A DNA stretch of 64,000 nt from Candidatus Latescibacterota bacterium (GCA_965217585.1 OZ244561.1:3392001-3456000); one strand, 5' to 3'. Counted from the first letter of the stretch, positions 47,474-56,591 are shown. Made by a program: numbers and translations. The notes: generated from the sequence alone by a model not told the origin.

Positions 47474-48550
47474 TCACAGCAGCTTTCCGATCTCCTCGAT
47501 GCGTTCGACCACGGCCTCGAGTACCGCGTCCGCCGCGACGCCGACCGGCAGATAGATCGGGATCACCAACTCATTGTCCGCAAATTCATCAAATAGTTCA
47601 GGAGGAGTCTTCAGACCGAGCGGCTTGAGATTGTCGCGTATTTCACTGAAGGGCTTCACGCCCTGCCAACGATCGCCCTCACCATATAAGTAAAGCCAGA
47701 GGGGGGTATCCCGGACCGTGGCCCACTTGTCGTGGTCGATCCCAAACCATGCACCTGCTCCGGAAAGTTTGAAAGCGTACCCGTATTCAGTACGCAAGGA
47801 GTACAGATTTCCGCTGTCTGCTGCCAATTCTTCCCTTTCCAAGCGTTCGATAACATGGTTGACGAGATTCTCTAGACTGATTAGGCGGCGCGGGATTTCC
47901 GAGCCGAGTTCCCCCGGCCGCAGTGGCAGGAAGGCGTCTTCGTCCATCTGCTCGGCAAGTCCTCGCAACTGCTGGATATTACACTCCGTGTGCGATTCTC
48001 CGGCGATGCTTACTTGGGAGTCCATACGATCAAGCAGTTCCGCCCAACTGGTCAGCATCAAACGGCGTTTGCCGCCAGCAGTGGCACTCCGAAGTCCTTC
48101 CGCCTCGTTACGGTCTGGGCCCAACTCGATACCTGATTCCGACTCCGATACTTTCCGGCATAACTCAGCCCATAGCGCATCCAGCCGCGCGGACGGCGCA
48201 ACGAACAAAAGCGCCGATGCTTGATTTTCCGGTAGTCGTTTGAGATAGGCGACCGGCTGGTTATCGGTAAGCCCAGCCCAGAACTTCGCCTCGATCAGTA
48301 CGCGCTCTTGGGTATGCTGGTCGAAACCGGCGAGATCCGGCCGCGTCCCCTCTTCGCCGCTGACCTGCGTTTTTACCCGAGCGATTTTCCCAACCTCCTC
48401 GCCATCGGTTCGCAGCACGTCCGAAAGGGCGCGCCGAGCCGCTTCGGACTCCGACAGGATGTGGCCAAGGGCCTCGACCGCGATGTTTTCGGTCTGATGG
48501 CCGAATATTGGCGCGAGCTTCGCGAGCAGCGTCTGGTTTTGTCGTTGCAT
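47474..48550 (-). CDS. PD-(D/E)xK nuclease-superfamily protein
   Basis: Start re-set to MQRQNQ. ENIA.E.L..IL, RPDLAG and VLIEAKFWAGLTDNQP..YL motifs. Confidence 0.75.
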   Translation of the reverse strand: MQRQNQTLLAKLAPIFGHQTENIAVEALGHILSESEAARRALSDVLRTDGEEVGKIARVKTQVSGEEGTRPDLAGFDQHTQERVLIEAKFWAGLTDNQPVAYLKRLPENQASALLFVAPSARLDALWAELCRKVSESESGIELGPDRNEAEGLRSATAGGKRRLMLTSWAELLDRMDSQVSIAGESHTECNIQQLRGLAEQMDEDAFLPLRPGELGSEIPRRLISLENLVNHVIERLEREELAADSGNLYSLRTEYGYAFKLSGAGAWFGIDHDKWATVRDTPLWLYLYGEGDRWQGVKPFSEIRDNLKPLGLKTPPELFDEFADNELVIPIYLPVGVAADAVLEAVVERIEEIGKLL

Positions 48551-48620
48551 TCTTCTTTCTCCATCGTCGTTTCTTCGACCGGCTCCGGGCAGGCGGATCT
48601 CGCAGCCGGTGGCTAGTAGC
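48551..48620 (-). repeat. Repeat B copy 2 (internally deleted)
   Basis: Reads LLATGCEIR / deletion / CPEPVEETTMEKE. Its GGAG end abuts the ATG of the nuclease gene. Confidence 0.75.
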
Positions 48621-48703
48621 TCAGCGGAGGGGTATAGGCGGTTAAATCGCAGAGCCAGTCCATGTCTTGCAGGGAGCTGGTTACGCCGGCGGCTGCGATC
48701 GCG

Positions 48704-48738
48704 GCGACCGGGGGCCAGCAGCCGTCGATAAGGCGCAG
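48704..48738 (-). repeat. Repeat A copy 2
   Basis: GCGACCGGGGGCCAGCAGCCGTCGATAAGGCGCAG downstream of the Mrr-like gene. Confidence 0.8.
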
Positions 48739-48807
48739 GCGAAAAAGCCGCGGTGCGGGGGCGATTCCAAGCTCGGCGACTCGACGCGCACGAAGTACAC
48801 GCCGAGG

Positions 48808-49737
48808 TCATAGCGACGTGAACCAATCCTTGTCCACCTCTACCACCTCTACCTCGACCCTTTTCGTTTTTGTGCTCACGCCAAGGTCGAGTTGTTTTAT
48901 TTTGTCGATCAGTAATTCGCCGTCGATCAAGTCTATCGGCGTAGTTCCTGGCTTTTGGGCTTCTACTTGCGCATTTTCCGAGAAGCGGCCTGTTGTAAAG
49001 ATGATGCCCTTTTCCGCCGATCCTCCTATCGCCCCACGAAAGTCTCTGACGATTCTTGGGCTGATGCTGCCAGCGTATCGCTTGCACTGAAACAGCACAG
49101 TAACGTTAGCAAGTCCCGCGAGGCTGATTACTGCACGCCCGTCAATTCCCTCGTCTCCCGGTCCGTCTGTTAGCTCAACTGGGGTAAACCCCGATTTCTC
49201 TAGAAGTCTTTTGCATAGCCGTTCAAATGCCAACGGTGTAATTTCGAGGAGGGTATTCAGCAAGTGCTTGCGCCAGTCCGCGGATTCTCCCATTGGGCTT
49301 TCGTCTCTCTCGGCTGGGGATGCGTCGGCCTTGGCTTCTGCTTGCTGTTTTTGCTCGGCAGCACTCGTTTGGCTCTTAAGTTTTGGTTCCTCCTTTTCCC
49401 GTTTGGTTGAATCAGCCGCACTACAGTCGCATTTATCTATCGTCTCTTGGAGTTTCGAGAAAGTTGTAGAGGAGAACGAATCCCGGTGGCGTTTTGCGAA
49501 ACCTTTAAGACCGCGTCCGCACGCCTTAGCAGAGCCCTCTGAAGTAGGCACAAACCCATCCACAATTGCCTTTATGTCTCTCCGAGCATTATAGACGAAT
49601 CCGTGTGTCTTAACGTTCAACTTTTCCGCTATTTTCTTTGCATTTAACCCCTTCTCACTGAGCCGCCATACTTGTCCGAGTCGTTTTTCGTCCTTATTAA
49701 GTGCGCTTTTCACTTCCTCCAGATACGTATCGCTCAT
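48808..49737 (-). CDS. mrr: Mrr-family (type IV) restriction endonuclease with atypical HTH-like N-terminus
   Basis: FERLC..LL...GF, GDEGIDG, FQCKRY, VRDFRGA, GI..TTG.FS..A and IDLIDG motifs. Confidence 0.8.
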   Translation of the reverse strand: MSDTYLEEVKSALNKDEKRLGQVWRLSEKGLNAKKIAEKLNVKTHGFVYNARRDIKAIVDGFVPTSEGSAKACGRGLKGFAKRHRDSFSSTTFSKLQETIDKCDCSAADSTKREKEEPKLKSQTSAAEQKQQAEAKADASPAERDESPMGESADWRKHLLNTLLEITPLAFERLCKRLLEKSGFTPVELTDGPGDEGIDGRAVISLAGLANVTVLFQCKRYAGSISPRIVRDFRGAIGGSAEKGIIFTTGRFSENAQVEAQKPGTTPIDLIDGELLIDKIKQLDLGVSTKTKRVEVEVVEVDKDWFTSL

Positions 49738-49771
49738 GGTAGTGTCTCCCTTTGATTTCAGCGCCAGCAAC

Positions 49772-49795
49772 CGCGGCGACCGACAGCCAGCAGCC
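49772..49795 (-). repeat. Repeat A copy 3 (partial)
   Basis: CGCGGCGACCGACAGCCAGCAGCC. Confidence 0.6.
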
Positions 49796-49894
49796 TTTGT
49801 TCTAACGCGCGGGATTGTACTGAACAGAGGCAGGCGGTCAAGATGCCCACCTGTTCACTTTTATTTTTTTATCCCTCGCTCATGGTATAGCCCG

Positions 49895-50725
49895 CTACCG
49901 CCCTTCTGAGAACACAAGAAGTTCTGCGCCAAGCAGAATACGCGCTATCGCTTGGGCCTTTCCCACAGGGTCGAGGTCAAGTTCACTGAAATAATCCCGC
50001 GGCCCTTCCAAGACGTGTATCACCTGCTCAGTAAAGTGCGTTAGCTGTGCCTCAATCGACGTCCCTGCTTCGATGTTTAAGGGCTGGGCAGGCGGCTCTT
50101 TCAAAATTAATCCCTCTACTCCATCTAAGTCCGGTTCCTGTAATTGCCGATGAGGAGGCTCAAACCCATGCTCGGTTATCTCTCCCCAATTAGACGGACT
50201 GCCGATTTTAATAGGATCCGAGAACAATACTTCTCCAGTACCATCTTTGTTGAATACAAAGTTATGGTTGTCCCGGTCGGGAAGTTCGATCTCAGAGGGC
50301 TTTACACGCTGGACTCGACTATGTAAGGTGCGCATTTTGAAGCAATCATCGAGGGTTTTTCGCCGATAAAACCGAGGGGCGACATACTCGACGCGCGTGT
50401 TGTAGCGCATCTCAAGATCACACAGCAGATTGTGTTGCTCGCTCTTCTTTTCCCCGTAGATCAGGAACCTGTAATATGGCAAGGGGTACCCTCGTACCGC
50501 CTCCCGGGCATTGGGCCTTTCCATATACTCCGATAGTTTGAATTGTGCGCAGTAGATGAAGCCCCCGACCCTGTCCAAGCGGACATCGTAGCCGACACCT
50601 TCCTTTCCTCCTTCCTCGGCCAGACTCGGTAGCCTGGGAGACTGTATGAGGTTTCTCTTCCACTTAGTTGCAACTTCAAACGTGTATGCGAATCCAAAGC
50701 TGAACTCCGAAAATTGTGCCTTCAT
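49895..50725 (-). CDS. Hypothetical protein with PD-(D/E)xK-like motif
   Basis: SEFSF, PSL.EE, GYDV.LD, AQFK.S and QH.LL..LE..YVAP.F motifs; lower GC. Confidence 0.6.
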   Translation of the reverse strand: MKAQFSEFSFGFAYTFEVATKWKRNLIQSPRLPSLAEEGGKEGVGYDVRLDRVGGFIYCAQFKLSEYMERPNAREAVRGYPLPYYRFLIYGEKKSEQHNLLCDLEMRYNTRVEYVAPRFYRRKTLDDCFKMRTLHSRVQRVKPSEIELPDRDNHNFVFNKDGTGEVLFSDPIKIGSPSNWGEITEHGFEPPHRQLQEPDLDGVEGLILKEPPAQPLNIEAGTSIEAQLTHFTEQVIHVLEGPRDYFSELDLDPVGKAQAIARILLGAELLVFSEGR

Positions 50726-50839
50726 CCGTTTTCTCCTTCAGTTGTAATGGGCAAAGGGCGCATTATTGGCAGGAGTTGACGGCCACGCCGCCGGTATCGT
50801 ATCTTCGCGGTACATGGAGGATTGAGAGGATGATTGAAC

Positions 50840-51016
50840 ATGACCGAATTAAGTGACCGTGTCTCGCGGCTAGAAGGGGCATACGAACACCTAGCCACCA
50901 AAGCCGATATAGGCGAAGTCAAAACCGAGATTGCCAGCCAAATAAACAAGGCTATCGGCATACTAATCGCCGCTATTGTCGCGGTGGCGGCGCTTTTCAA
51001 ATACCTCCCCGGCTAG
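50840..51016 (+). CDS. Small coiled-coil protein with C-terminal membrane anchor (DUF1640/CCDC90-like)
   Basis: RVSRLEG..LATKADI..K.E followed by a hydrophobic C-terminal helix; RBS GAGAGGA. Confidence 0.65.
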   Translation: MTELSDRVSRLEGAYEHLATKADIGEVKTEIASQINKAIGILIAAIVAVAALFKYLPG

Positions 51017-51205
51017 GATCTCGGCGGTCGTTTATCACACGCCATACTCCCGATAACGCCGTGTATCGCTAGTAAGTCGGCCTATTTTTGGCGGCGATCG
51101 CCGCGGCCGTGTTTGGTTTTCGGCCATTTCGGAACTGCGAAAAGGGCAGATTTAGGCCAAATCAGCCGATCCCGTCTTAAGCTACAACGGGCTGTTGATT
51201 TAGAC

Positions 51206-51241
51206 GCGACCAGCGGCCAGCAGCCGTCGAGACGGCACAGG
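51206..51241 (-). repeat. Repeat A copy 4
   Basis: GCGACCAGCGGCCAGCAGCCGTCGAGACGGCACAGG just downstream of 51258..51446. Confidence 0.8.
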
Positions 51242-51257
51242 TTGGTCTCGGTCATGG

Positions 51258-51446
51258 TCAGAAGTGAATGATCGTCAACAGTCGAGGACTTGGCATACGG
51301 AGCAAGAGGGTCTTGGTTGTCTTCGGCCACGCGACATCCGGCCTCGAATCCCGATCCCGCACCTTGTGCTGATACTCAAGGGCTACCCCCTGTCTCAAGG
51401 ACACGCTCACGTTCTTCAGCGGTCGCCAGAGTGCGCCCACGCCCAT
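51258..51446 (-). pseudogene. C-terminal fragment of a paralog of the 46748..47320 beta-barrel
   Basis: GVGALWRP..V...LRQG..LEYQ...PSPRL....F aligns with GFGVLWRP..V...LRQG...IEYQ...PSPRL....F. Confidence 0.75.
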
Positions 51447-51448
51447 CG

Positions 51449-51610
51449 CTACGCCCGCATATCCTCTTCTCCGAACACAAAATCCTCTTCTTCCAGCGGC
51501 TCTTCTATCAGGTCTTCCACCAGCGGTTCCGGGCAGTTGGGATACGATTTAACGACGCGGATCTCGCAGCCGGTGGCCAAAAGCAACAAAGCTAGCAGTA
51601 TGCCTAACAT
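51449..51610 (-). CDS. 53-aa acidic lipoprotein (intact repeat B copy; absent from the ORF track)
   Basis: MLGILLALLLLATGCEIRVVKSYPNCPEPLVEDLIEEPLEEEDFVFGEEDMRA*; RBS GGAGGAGG. Confidence 0.65.
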   Translation of the reverse strand: MLGILLALLLLATGCEIRVVKSYPNCPEPLVEDLIEEPLEEEDFVFGEEDMRA

Positions 51611-52089
51611 CCTCCTCCCACACGATCTATGAGTTCTCGTACCACCATTCTCACAGCCTTGCCCACCGCTTTGTCCCGCTCGTCGTCGTCATACGTTCCC
51701 CTCCCTATCGACTCGTATTGCCTCAGCAGCACCGCCCCCTCGAAGGATTTTATCTCGACGGAGACCACCATAGAGAACTGGTATTGCCCCAGTACTCTAC
51801 CCCGGGTGTGGACGCGATCATCAACGGAGAGGATGTCGAGATAGAGGATGGCGTCGGCCCCTCCCTCGTCGGCCAAGCGCAACTGCCCGTCCTCTCGGAA
51901 CGCCACGACTGTGGCTCGGATCAGGCTATCGGCAGCGGCGTATTCTGCCGTCTGGTTGCCCACAAAGGGGATGGCGATGGTGTCGATGCCGCCGCCTAAG
52001 ACGCCTCTGTAGGGCCCGTGGTAGCAGCCGATGGCCAGCAGCAAAAGGGTCAGCAGCAGTCTATAACGACTACCACTTGATTTAGCCAT
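51604..52089 (-). CDS. LptE-like lipoprotein
   Basis: LLLAIGC lipobox; IDTIAIP...NQT.EY, F..DG.L.L...ADAIL...I motifs. Confidence 0.65.
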   Translation of the reverse strand: MAKSSGSRYRLLLTLLLLAIGCYHGPYRGVLGGGIDTIAIPFVGNQTAEYAAADSLIRATVVAFREDGQLRLADEGGADAILYLDILSVDDRVHTRGRVLGQYQFSMVVSVEIKSFEGAVLLRQYESIGRGTYDDDERDKAVGKAVRMVVRELIDRVGGGC

Positions 52090-52096
52090 TTTCTCA

Positions 52097-52226
52097 CCTC
52101 CTCCCTTGTAGTGATTCACCGCCTCACAGTAATACCATACGTGCAACCAAGTATTTCTTTCTGGCGGTGTACTACTTAAACACTTCCAGCGGGGCGGGGT
52201 GTTACCTGTGCAGTGGATTTTTGTCG
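52097..52226 (-). repeat. Repeat C copy 2
   Basis: Matches 47321-47428 and supplies the stop codon of the GFA gene. Confidence 0.9.
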
Positions 52227-52618
52227 TTTCCCCCACGGGGAAATTTATGCAGGCCGTCAGGAATCTTGGACCACGGGACTGCCATTTCGGTCCAGATCTC
52301 TCGGGTGGGTCGCAGATCTTCAGAATGGTCTAGGGTGCCCGCCTTGATAAACACCAAGTCGGGGTAACGTGTGAACAATTGCGAGCCACACTCTGGACAG
52401 AATTCGCGAATCTTTGTGCGGCCTTCGTCATTCGTAGATTCGTATCCCTTGGTTTTACCGCTCAGTTGAAATGTGGACGCTGGTACGCCAACTCCAACGT
52501 TGAAAGCGCTGCCCGTAACCCTACGGCAGTCGTCACAGTGGCAATAGGTCACAGATTGGGGCTCTGAGTCGCTTGTATAGCTGACCGCCCCGCAAAGACA
52601 TCGACCTGTTAGCGGCAT
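52202..52618 (-). CDS. GFA/CENP-V family Zn-binding protein
   Basis: GRCLCGAV, CHCDDCRR and FCPECGS motifs. Confidence 0.9.
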   Translation of the reverse strand: MPLTGRCLCGAVSYTSDSEPQSVTYCHCDDCRRVTGSAFNVGVGVPASTFQLSGKTKGYESTNDEGRTKIREFCPECGSQLFTRYPDLVFIKAGTLDHSEDLRPTREIWTEMAVPWSKIPDGLHKFPRGGNDKNPLHR

Positions 52619-52697
52619 TGGTAATCCTTTCCAGATAAATGAGTGTGCCGATTGTGGCAAATGTGTTCAATTCACAACGTTTGCTGATCTACAAGCT

Positions 52698-53350
52698 TTA
52701 TCTTTTGACAGCGAAGAAAAATGGATGAACCTCCTCCGGCGCATCAACATTTCCAAATCCTCCTCCTACGATACCTCCCTGTTCAACCTGAAACCCAGTC
52801 TCGGTAAGAAATTTCTTGTAGGTCGGGGGGCCAAAGTTGCTCCAGTACATGGTCTCGCCGAAGAAGTCATCTTCAGTATATCCAGGCCCGTCGTCTTTCC
52901 TAGCAATCGTAAACAGAAGTAGACCACCGGGCCGAAGCCACTGTGCAAATCGACGAAAGAGGTTCAGATGCTCCTGTCTTGGGATATGGAAGATGGCGTA
53001 AAAGCTGACAATTGCATCAAAGCTACATGCGGGGAATTCGGTCTCCATTACGTCGGCGATGATGAATTTGGCTGTGGGGACGTTTTCCTTAGCTAGAGCT
53101 ATCATGTTTGAGGAGATGTCGATCCCGGTGGGGCTGAATGTCTCTGCAAGATGTTGGGCGACCGGGATACCAGCACCACATCCACGTCGAGAACCTTTGA
53201 ACTAGGAGCCAGACGCTCAGTTATCAAGTTGAGCTCCGCTCCAGGCGTAGTACGTTTTTGCCCCGAGTAATCCATCGCACACCGGTTATAGGCGGTTCTT
53301 ACCAACTCCCGATAATCGGCGTCCGGATCGTCAGCAATCTTGAATGGCAT
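52698..53350 (-). pseudogene. Class I SAM methyltransferase with a 1-nt frameshift in motif I
   Basis: The two ORFs join at ~53182: GAC GT GGA TGT GGT GCT GGT restores VLD(V)GCGAG, followed by GIDIS..M, FDAIVSFYAIFH and LRPGG. Confidence 0.85.
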
Positions 53351-53438
53351 GGGTTTCTATCCTAAATCACTTCACGTGTTACGGATGATTCGAAAAGCGG
53401 TGCGAACAGTGCTATTAAATGCTGGAGCCACCTAACGC

Positions 53439-53912
53439 TCATGCTCCTACGGCGACAGGCTTATCTGGCGGTCCGTTCTTGGATATACTCTCAAGCAGAC
53501 AATGAAGATTGCGAGGAGCGAACTTCTCTGCGGACCTAGCGATGGCGTCGATTGACCACCAATGAAACCCGCGGAACGCCGATGCCTCGCCAGGAGCCGC
53601 CTCCACGTCTATTACTGGATCAAATTGGTCTGCTTGTACGAGATAATAGACTTCATTTTGGCTATAGCTTCGACCGTTCCAAGAGAATTCGTGTTTTCTG
53701 GTCCATACGGGTGGTCCCAGACGAAAATTCCTAGCGCCAGTCTCTTCGGCGATTTCTCGCCGTAGTCCTTCTTCATCAGATTCACCGGGTTCCAAGCCTC
53801 CGCCGGGCGTAATCCAAACCTGAAATCCTGTGACAGGCTCTTGGAGCTTCATCAGCAGTACTCGATGATCCGGCGTCATAATGACCGCGCGTACAGCCTT
53901 GCGTTGAATCAT
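53439..53912 (-). CDS. NUDIX hydrolase
   Basis: GGGLEPGESDEEGLRREIAEETG Nudix box. Confidence 0.9.
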   Translation of the reverse strand: MIQRKAVRAVIMTPDHRVLLMKLQEPVTGFQVWITPGGGLEPGESDEEGLRREIAEETGARNFRLGPPVWTRKHEFSWNGRSYSQNEVYYLVQADQFDPVIDVEAAPGEASAFRGFHWWSIDAIARSAEKFAPRNLHCLLESISKNGPPDKPVAVGA

Positions 53913-54167
53913 AGGTGTGTCTGTTCGATGGTTAATGGCCGTTATCTGACGCGAAGGTACTTACTCGTGTGAACAGTTGCAATTGGTACCACGGGGCTGA
54001 AATATTCTGCGTTCGCCTACTCAGCAGCGAAGGCGGCACGAGCGTAGGACAGACGCCTCAGATCGCCCCGCGACCCGCCTCCGAGCGGTCTGGCGCATGG
54101 GTTCCTTTTTCCTTTTCTTGCCCATTTCACTCCGCTGTATAGAAGCTATCAACAAAGGATTCTCCCT

Positions 54168-55187
54168 ATGCCCGCAAACAATCGCCCGGTGCGCGTCGGC
54201 ATCTATGGCACCGGCCGTTTCGCCAACCAAACTCACCTGCCTAACCTGAGTAAGCTAGACGATGTCGAACTGGTCGCTGCGAGTGATCCCAATCCGGACA
54301 ATCTCGCCGACACCGCGCAAAAATACTCCATCACCCGCACCTATGCGGACCCTCACCAAATGCTCGCGGAGGAGCAACTCGACGCACTCTACTCGATCGT
54401 GCCGGCTTTTGCGCGCACCGATGTGGAAGCCACGGCCGCAGCGCAGGGCATCCACCTCTTCAGCGAGAAACCGCAAGCGACTATCATGGCTGTTGCGCGG
54501 CGCATTGCCGATGCGGTCGCCGAGGGCGGCGCGATCTCAACGGTCTGTTTCCGCGAGCGCTACCGCCCGCTCTTTCAGGAGGCTCGCCGCCTGCTCGCGG
54601 ATAAGGCCGTCACCCACATTTGCTTCCAGAGCACGGCCGGCCTGCCCCTGCTCGAAGCCGAGGTCCCCGACCCGGACAGTTGGGACTATCAGATGGACAA
54701 GGCCGGCGGCTCGGCCTTCGACTGGGGGGTTCACGCCGTTGACTATGCGCGCTTTATGAGCGGCCTCGACATTACCCAAGCCCAAGCGTTTTACTACCAT
54801 CCCCCTCGGTATAACACGCCGCTGTCGTGTTCGTTTAATTTTTTGTTGGCAAACGGGGCGACCATGACCTCGACGTTCCTCGCCACCACGCCCGCCACCC
54901 CGGGCGACGAGCCGCGCTTCACCGTTTTTTACGAGGGAGGATACTTGGCGCTGTGGCTGTACGACCGGATTGAGGTCAATGGCGAGGTCGTGTACGCGCC
55001 GGAGGAATTCGACCCGTGGTTTGAGCAAGATCGCGTCTTCATTGAGGCCGTGCGCACCGGCAACCGCGCCCTGCTGCTCAACGACTATGCCGACGGCCTC
55101 TATTCGCTAGCCCCGGTACTGGCGGGGTGGGAGTCGGCGCGGCGCGGCGGCGAATTGATTGCTGTGGCCGAAGTTATGGCGAGCTGA
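54168..55187 (+). CDS. Gfo/Idh/MocA family oxidoreductase
   Basis: VGIYGTG, EKP and GG..FD.GVH..D motifs. Confidence 0.9.
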   Translation: MPANNRPVRVGIYGTGRFANQTHLPNLSKLDDVELVAASDPNPDNLADTAQKYSITRTYADPHQMLAEEQLDALYSIVPAFARTDVEATAAAQGIHLFSEKPQATIMAVARRIADAVAEGGAISTVCFRERYRPLFQEARRLLADKAVTHICFQSTAGLPLLEAEVPDPDSWDYQMDKAGGSAFDWGVHAVDYARFMSGLDITQAQAFYYHPPRYNTPLSCSFNFLLANGATMTSTFLATTPATPGDEPRFTVFYEGGYLALWLYDRIEVNGEVVYAPEEFDPWFEQDRVFIEAVRTGNRALLLNDYADGLYSLAPVLAGWESARRGGELIAVAEVMAS

Positions 55188-55189
55188 GC

Positions 55190-56581
55190 GTGGGCCGCAT
55201 CGCTAGGCGGTGGGGGGCCGCAGGCGGGTACCGGGAGTTTTTGGGGCTTGCTCTGCCGCTGATTCTGAGCACGGCTAGCTGGAGCATCCAGCACTTTGTC
55301 GATCGGGTCTTTCTCTCTTGGTATTCGACGGAGGCGTTGGCGGCCGCGCTGCCGGCGGGCATGGCCAACTTTACCTTCATCAGCCTCTTCATGGGCACGG
55401 CCCAATACGCCAACACGTTTGTCGCCCAATACATGGGTGCGCGGCGGCTGACGCGCGTGGGGCCGGCCGTGTGGCAAGGGGCGTACGTGGCTTTGTTCGG
55501 CGGCCTCTTGGCCTTGCTGCCGGCCGCCTTTGCCGGCGAGCTCTTCGCATTCATCGGCCACGACCCGGACATCCGCGCCGCTGAAACTCAGTACTTCCGC
55601 ATCCTTTGCTACGGCACCGGGCCGCAAGTCTTGTCCACGGCCTTCTCGTGTTTTTTCAGCGGGCGGGGCCAGACGTGGGTGGTGCTGGCGGTCAACGCCG
55701 TGGCCATCAGCGTCAACATCATCTGCGACTACGCCTTGATATTCGGGCACTGGGGACTGCCTGAGCTGGGGATCGTCGGGGCGGCGTGGGCCACCAATAT
55801 CGGCTTGGTGGTCTCGGCCCTGTGTTTCGCGGTGCTGTTTTTGGGGCCGCGCTATCGCAGCGAGTACGCCACCTTGCGCGGCTGGAAGCCCGACCTCAAG
55901 TTGCTGCGGCGCCTGTTGCGCTTTGGCGGCCCCAACGGCGTCAACTTCATGCTCGACATTATGGCCTTTACGTTCTTTTTGTTTATCGTGGGCCGCTTGG
56001 GGCCGATCCCACTGGCGGCGACGAACTTGGCCTTTCACATCAATAGCCTCGCCTTTATGCCGCTCATTGGTTGCAGCATTGCCGTATCGACGATGGTCGG
56101 CCAGCGCTTGGGGCGCGATCAACCCGAAGCCGCCGAGTACTGCACGTGGACGGGCTTGCATTTGGCCATGCTGTACATGGGGACGATGTCCTTGGGTTAC
56201 ATCGTGGTGCCGGAGTTTTTCCTTGCGCCCTTTGGCGCAAACAGGGACGCCAACTTTGCGGCCGCGCATCAGATCGCCGTGGTCTTGCTGCGCTTCGTGG
56301 CCCTGTACGGCGTCTCCGACGTCGCCTATATGGTCTTCACGGCGACCCTTAAAGGCGCAGGCGACACCCGCTTCGTCATGTGGATTTCGATCTCGCTGGC
56401 TTGGGTGCTCATGGTCGTGCCGTCTTTCGTCGCCTTAACTTATTTCGACGGAGGACTGTACCTGATATGGAGCTTTGCCTGTGCGTATATATGCGTCCAA
56501 GGCGTGGCTTTCTACTTGCGCTTTCGCACGGGCCGCTGGAAGAGTATGCGGGTTATTGAGCGGGCCGATGAGCGTGGGTGA
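55190..56581 (+). CDS. MATE family efflux transporter
   Basis: LALP..., VD..F, Y.LIFG..G.PELGI.GAA.AT and LKGAGDTR motifs; GTG start inferred. Confidence 0.9.
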   Translation: MGRIARRWGAAGGYREFLGLALPLILSTASWSIQHFVDRVFLSWYSTEALAAALPAGMANFTFISLFMGTAQYANTFVAQYMGARRLTRVGPAVWQGAYVALFGGLLALLPAAFAGELFAFIGHDPDIRAAETQYFRILCYGTGPQVLSTAFSCFFSGRGQTWVVLAVNAVAISVNIICDYALIFGHWGLPELGIVGAAWATNIGLVVSALCFAVLFLGPRYRSEYATLRGWKPDLKLLRRLLRFGGPNGVNFMLDIMAFTFFLFIVGRLGPIPLAATNLAFHINSLAFMPLIGCSIAVSTMVGQRLGRDQPEAAEYCTWTGLHLAMLYMGTMSLGYIVVPEFFLAPFGANRDANFAAAHQIAVVLLRFVALYGVSDVAYMVFTATLKGAGDTRFVMWISISLAWVLMVVPSFVALTYFDGGLYLIWSFACAYICVQGVAFYLRFRTGRWKSMRVIERADERG

Positions 56582-56591
56582 GGTGGGGTGC

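Noticed and set aside
48551-49087. N-terminal extension of the 537-aa ORF 47474..49087
   Set aside because: It overlaps mrr in another frame and crosses repeats A and B; the real start is probably ATG 48550.
46000-53950. Classical integron
   Set aside because: No intI, and no properly ordered RYYYAAC...GTTRRRY attC hairpins could be built by eye.
54020-54125. Possible ncRNA or riboswitch upstream of the oxidoreductase
   Set aside because: Only weak pairing (CAGAC.GC/GCGGTCTG) and no recognisable family consensus.
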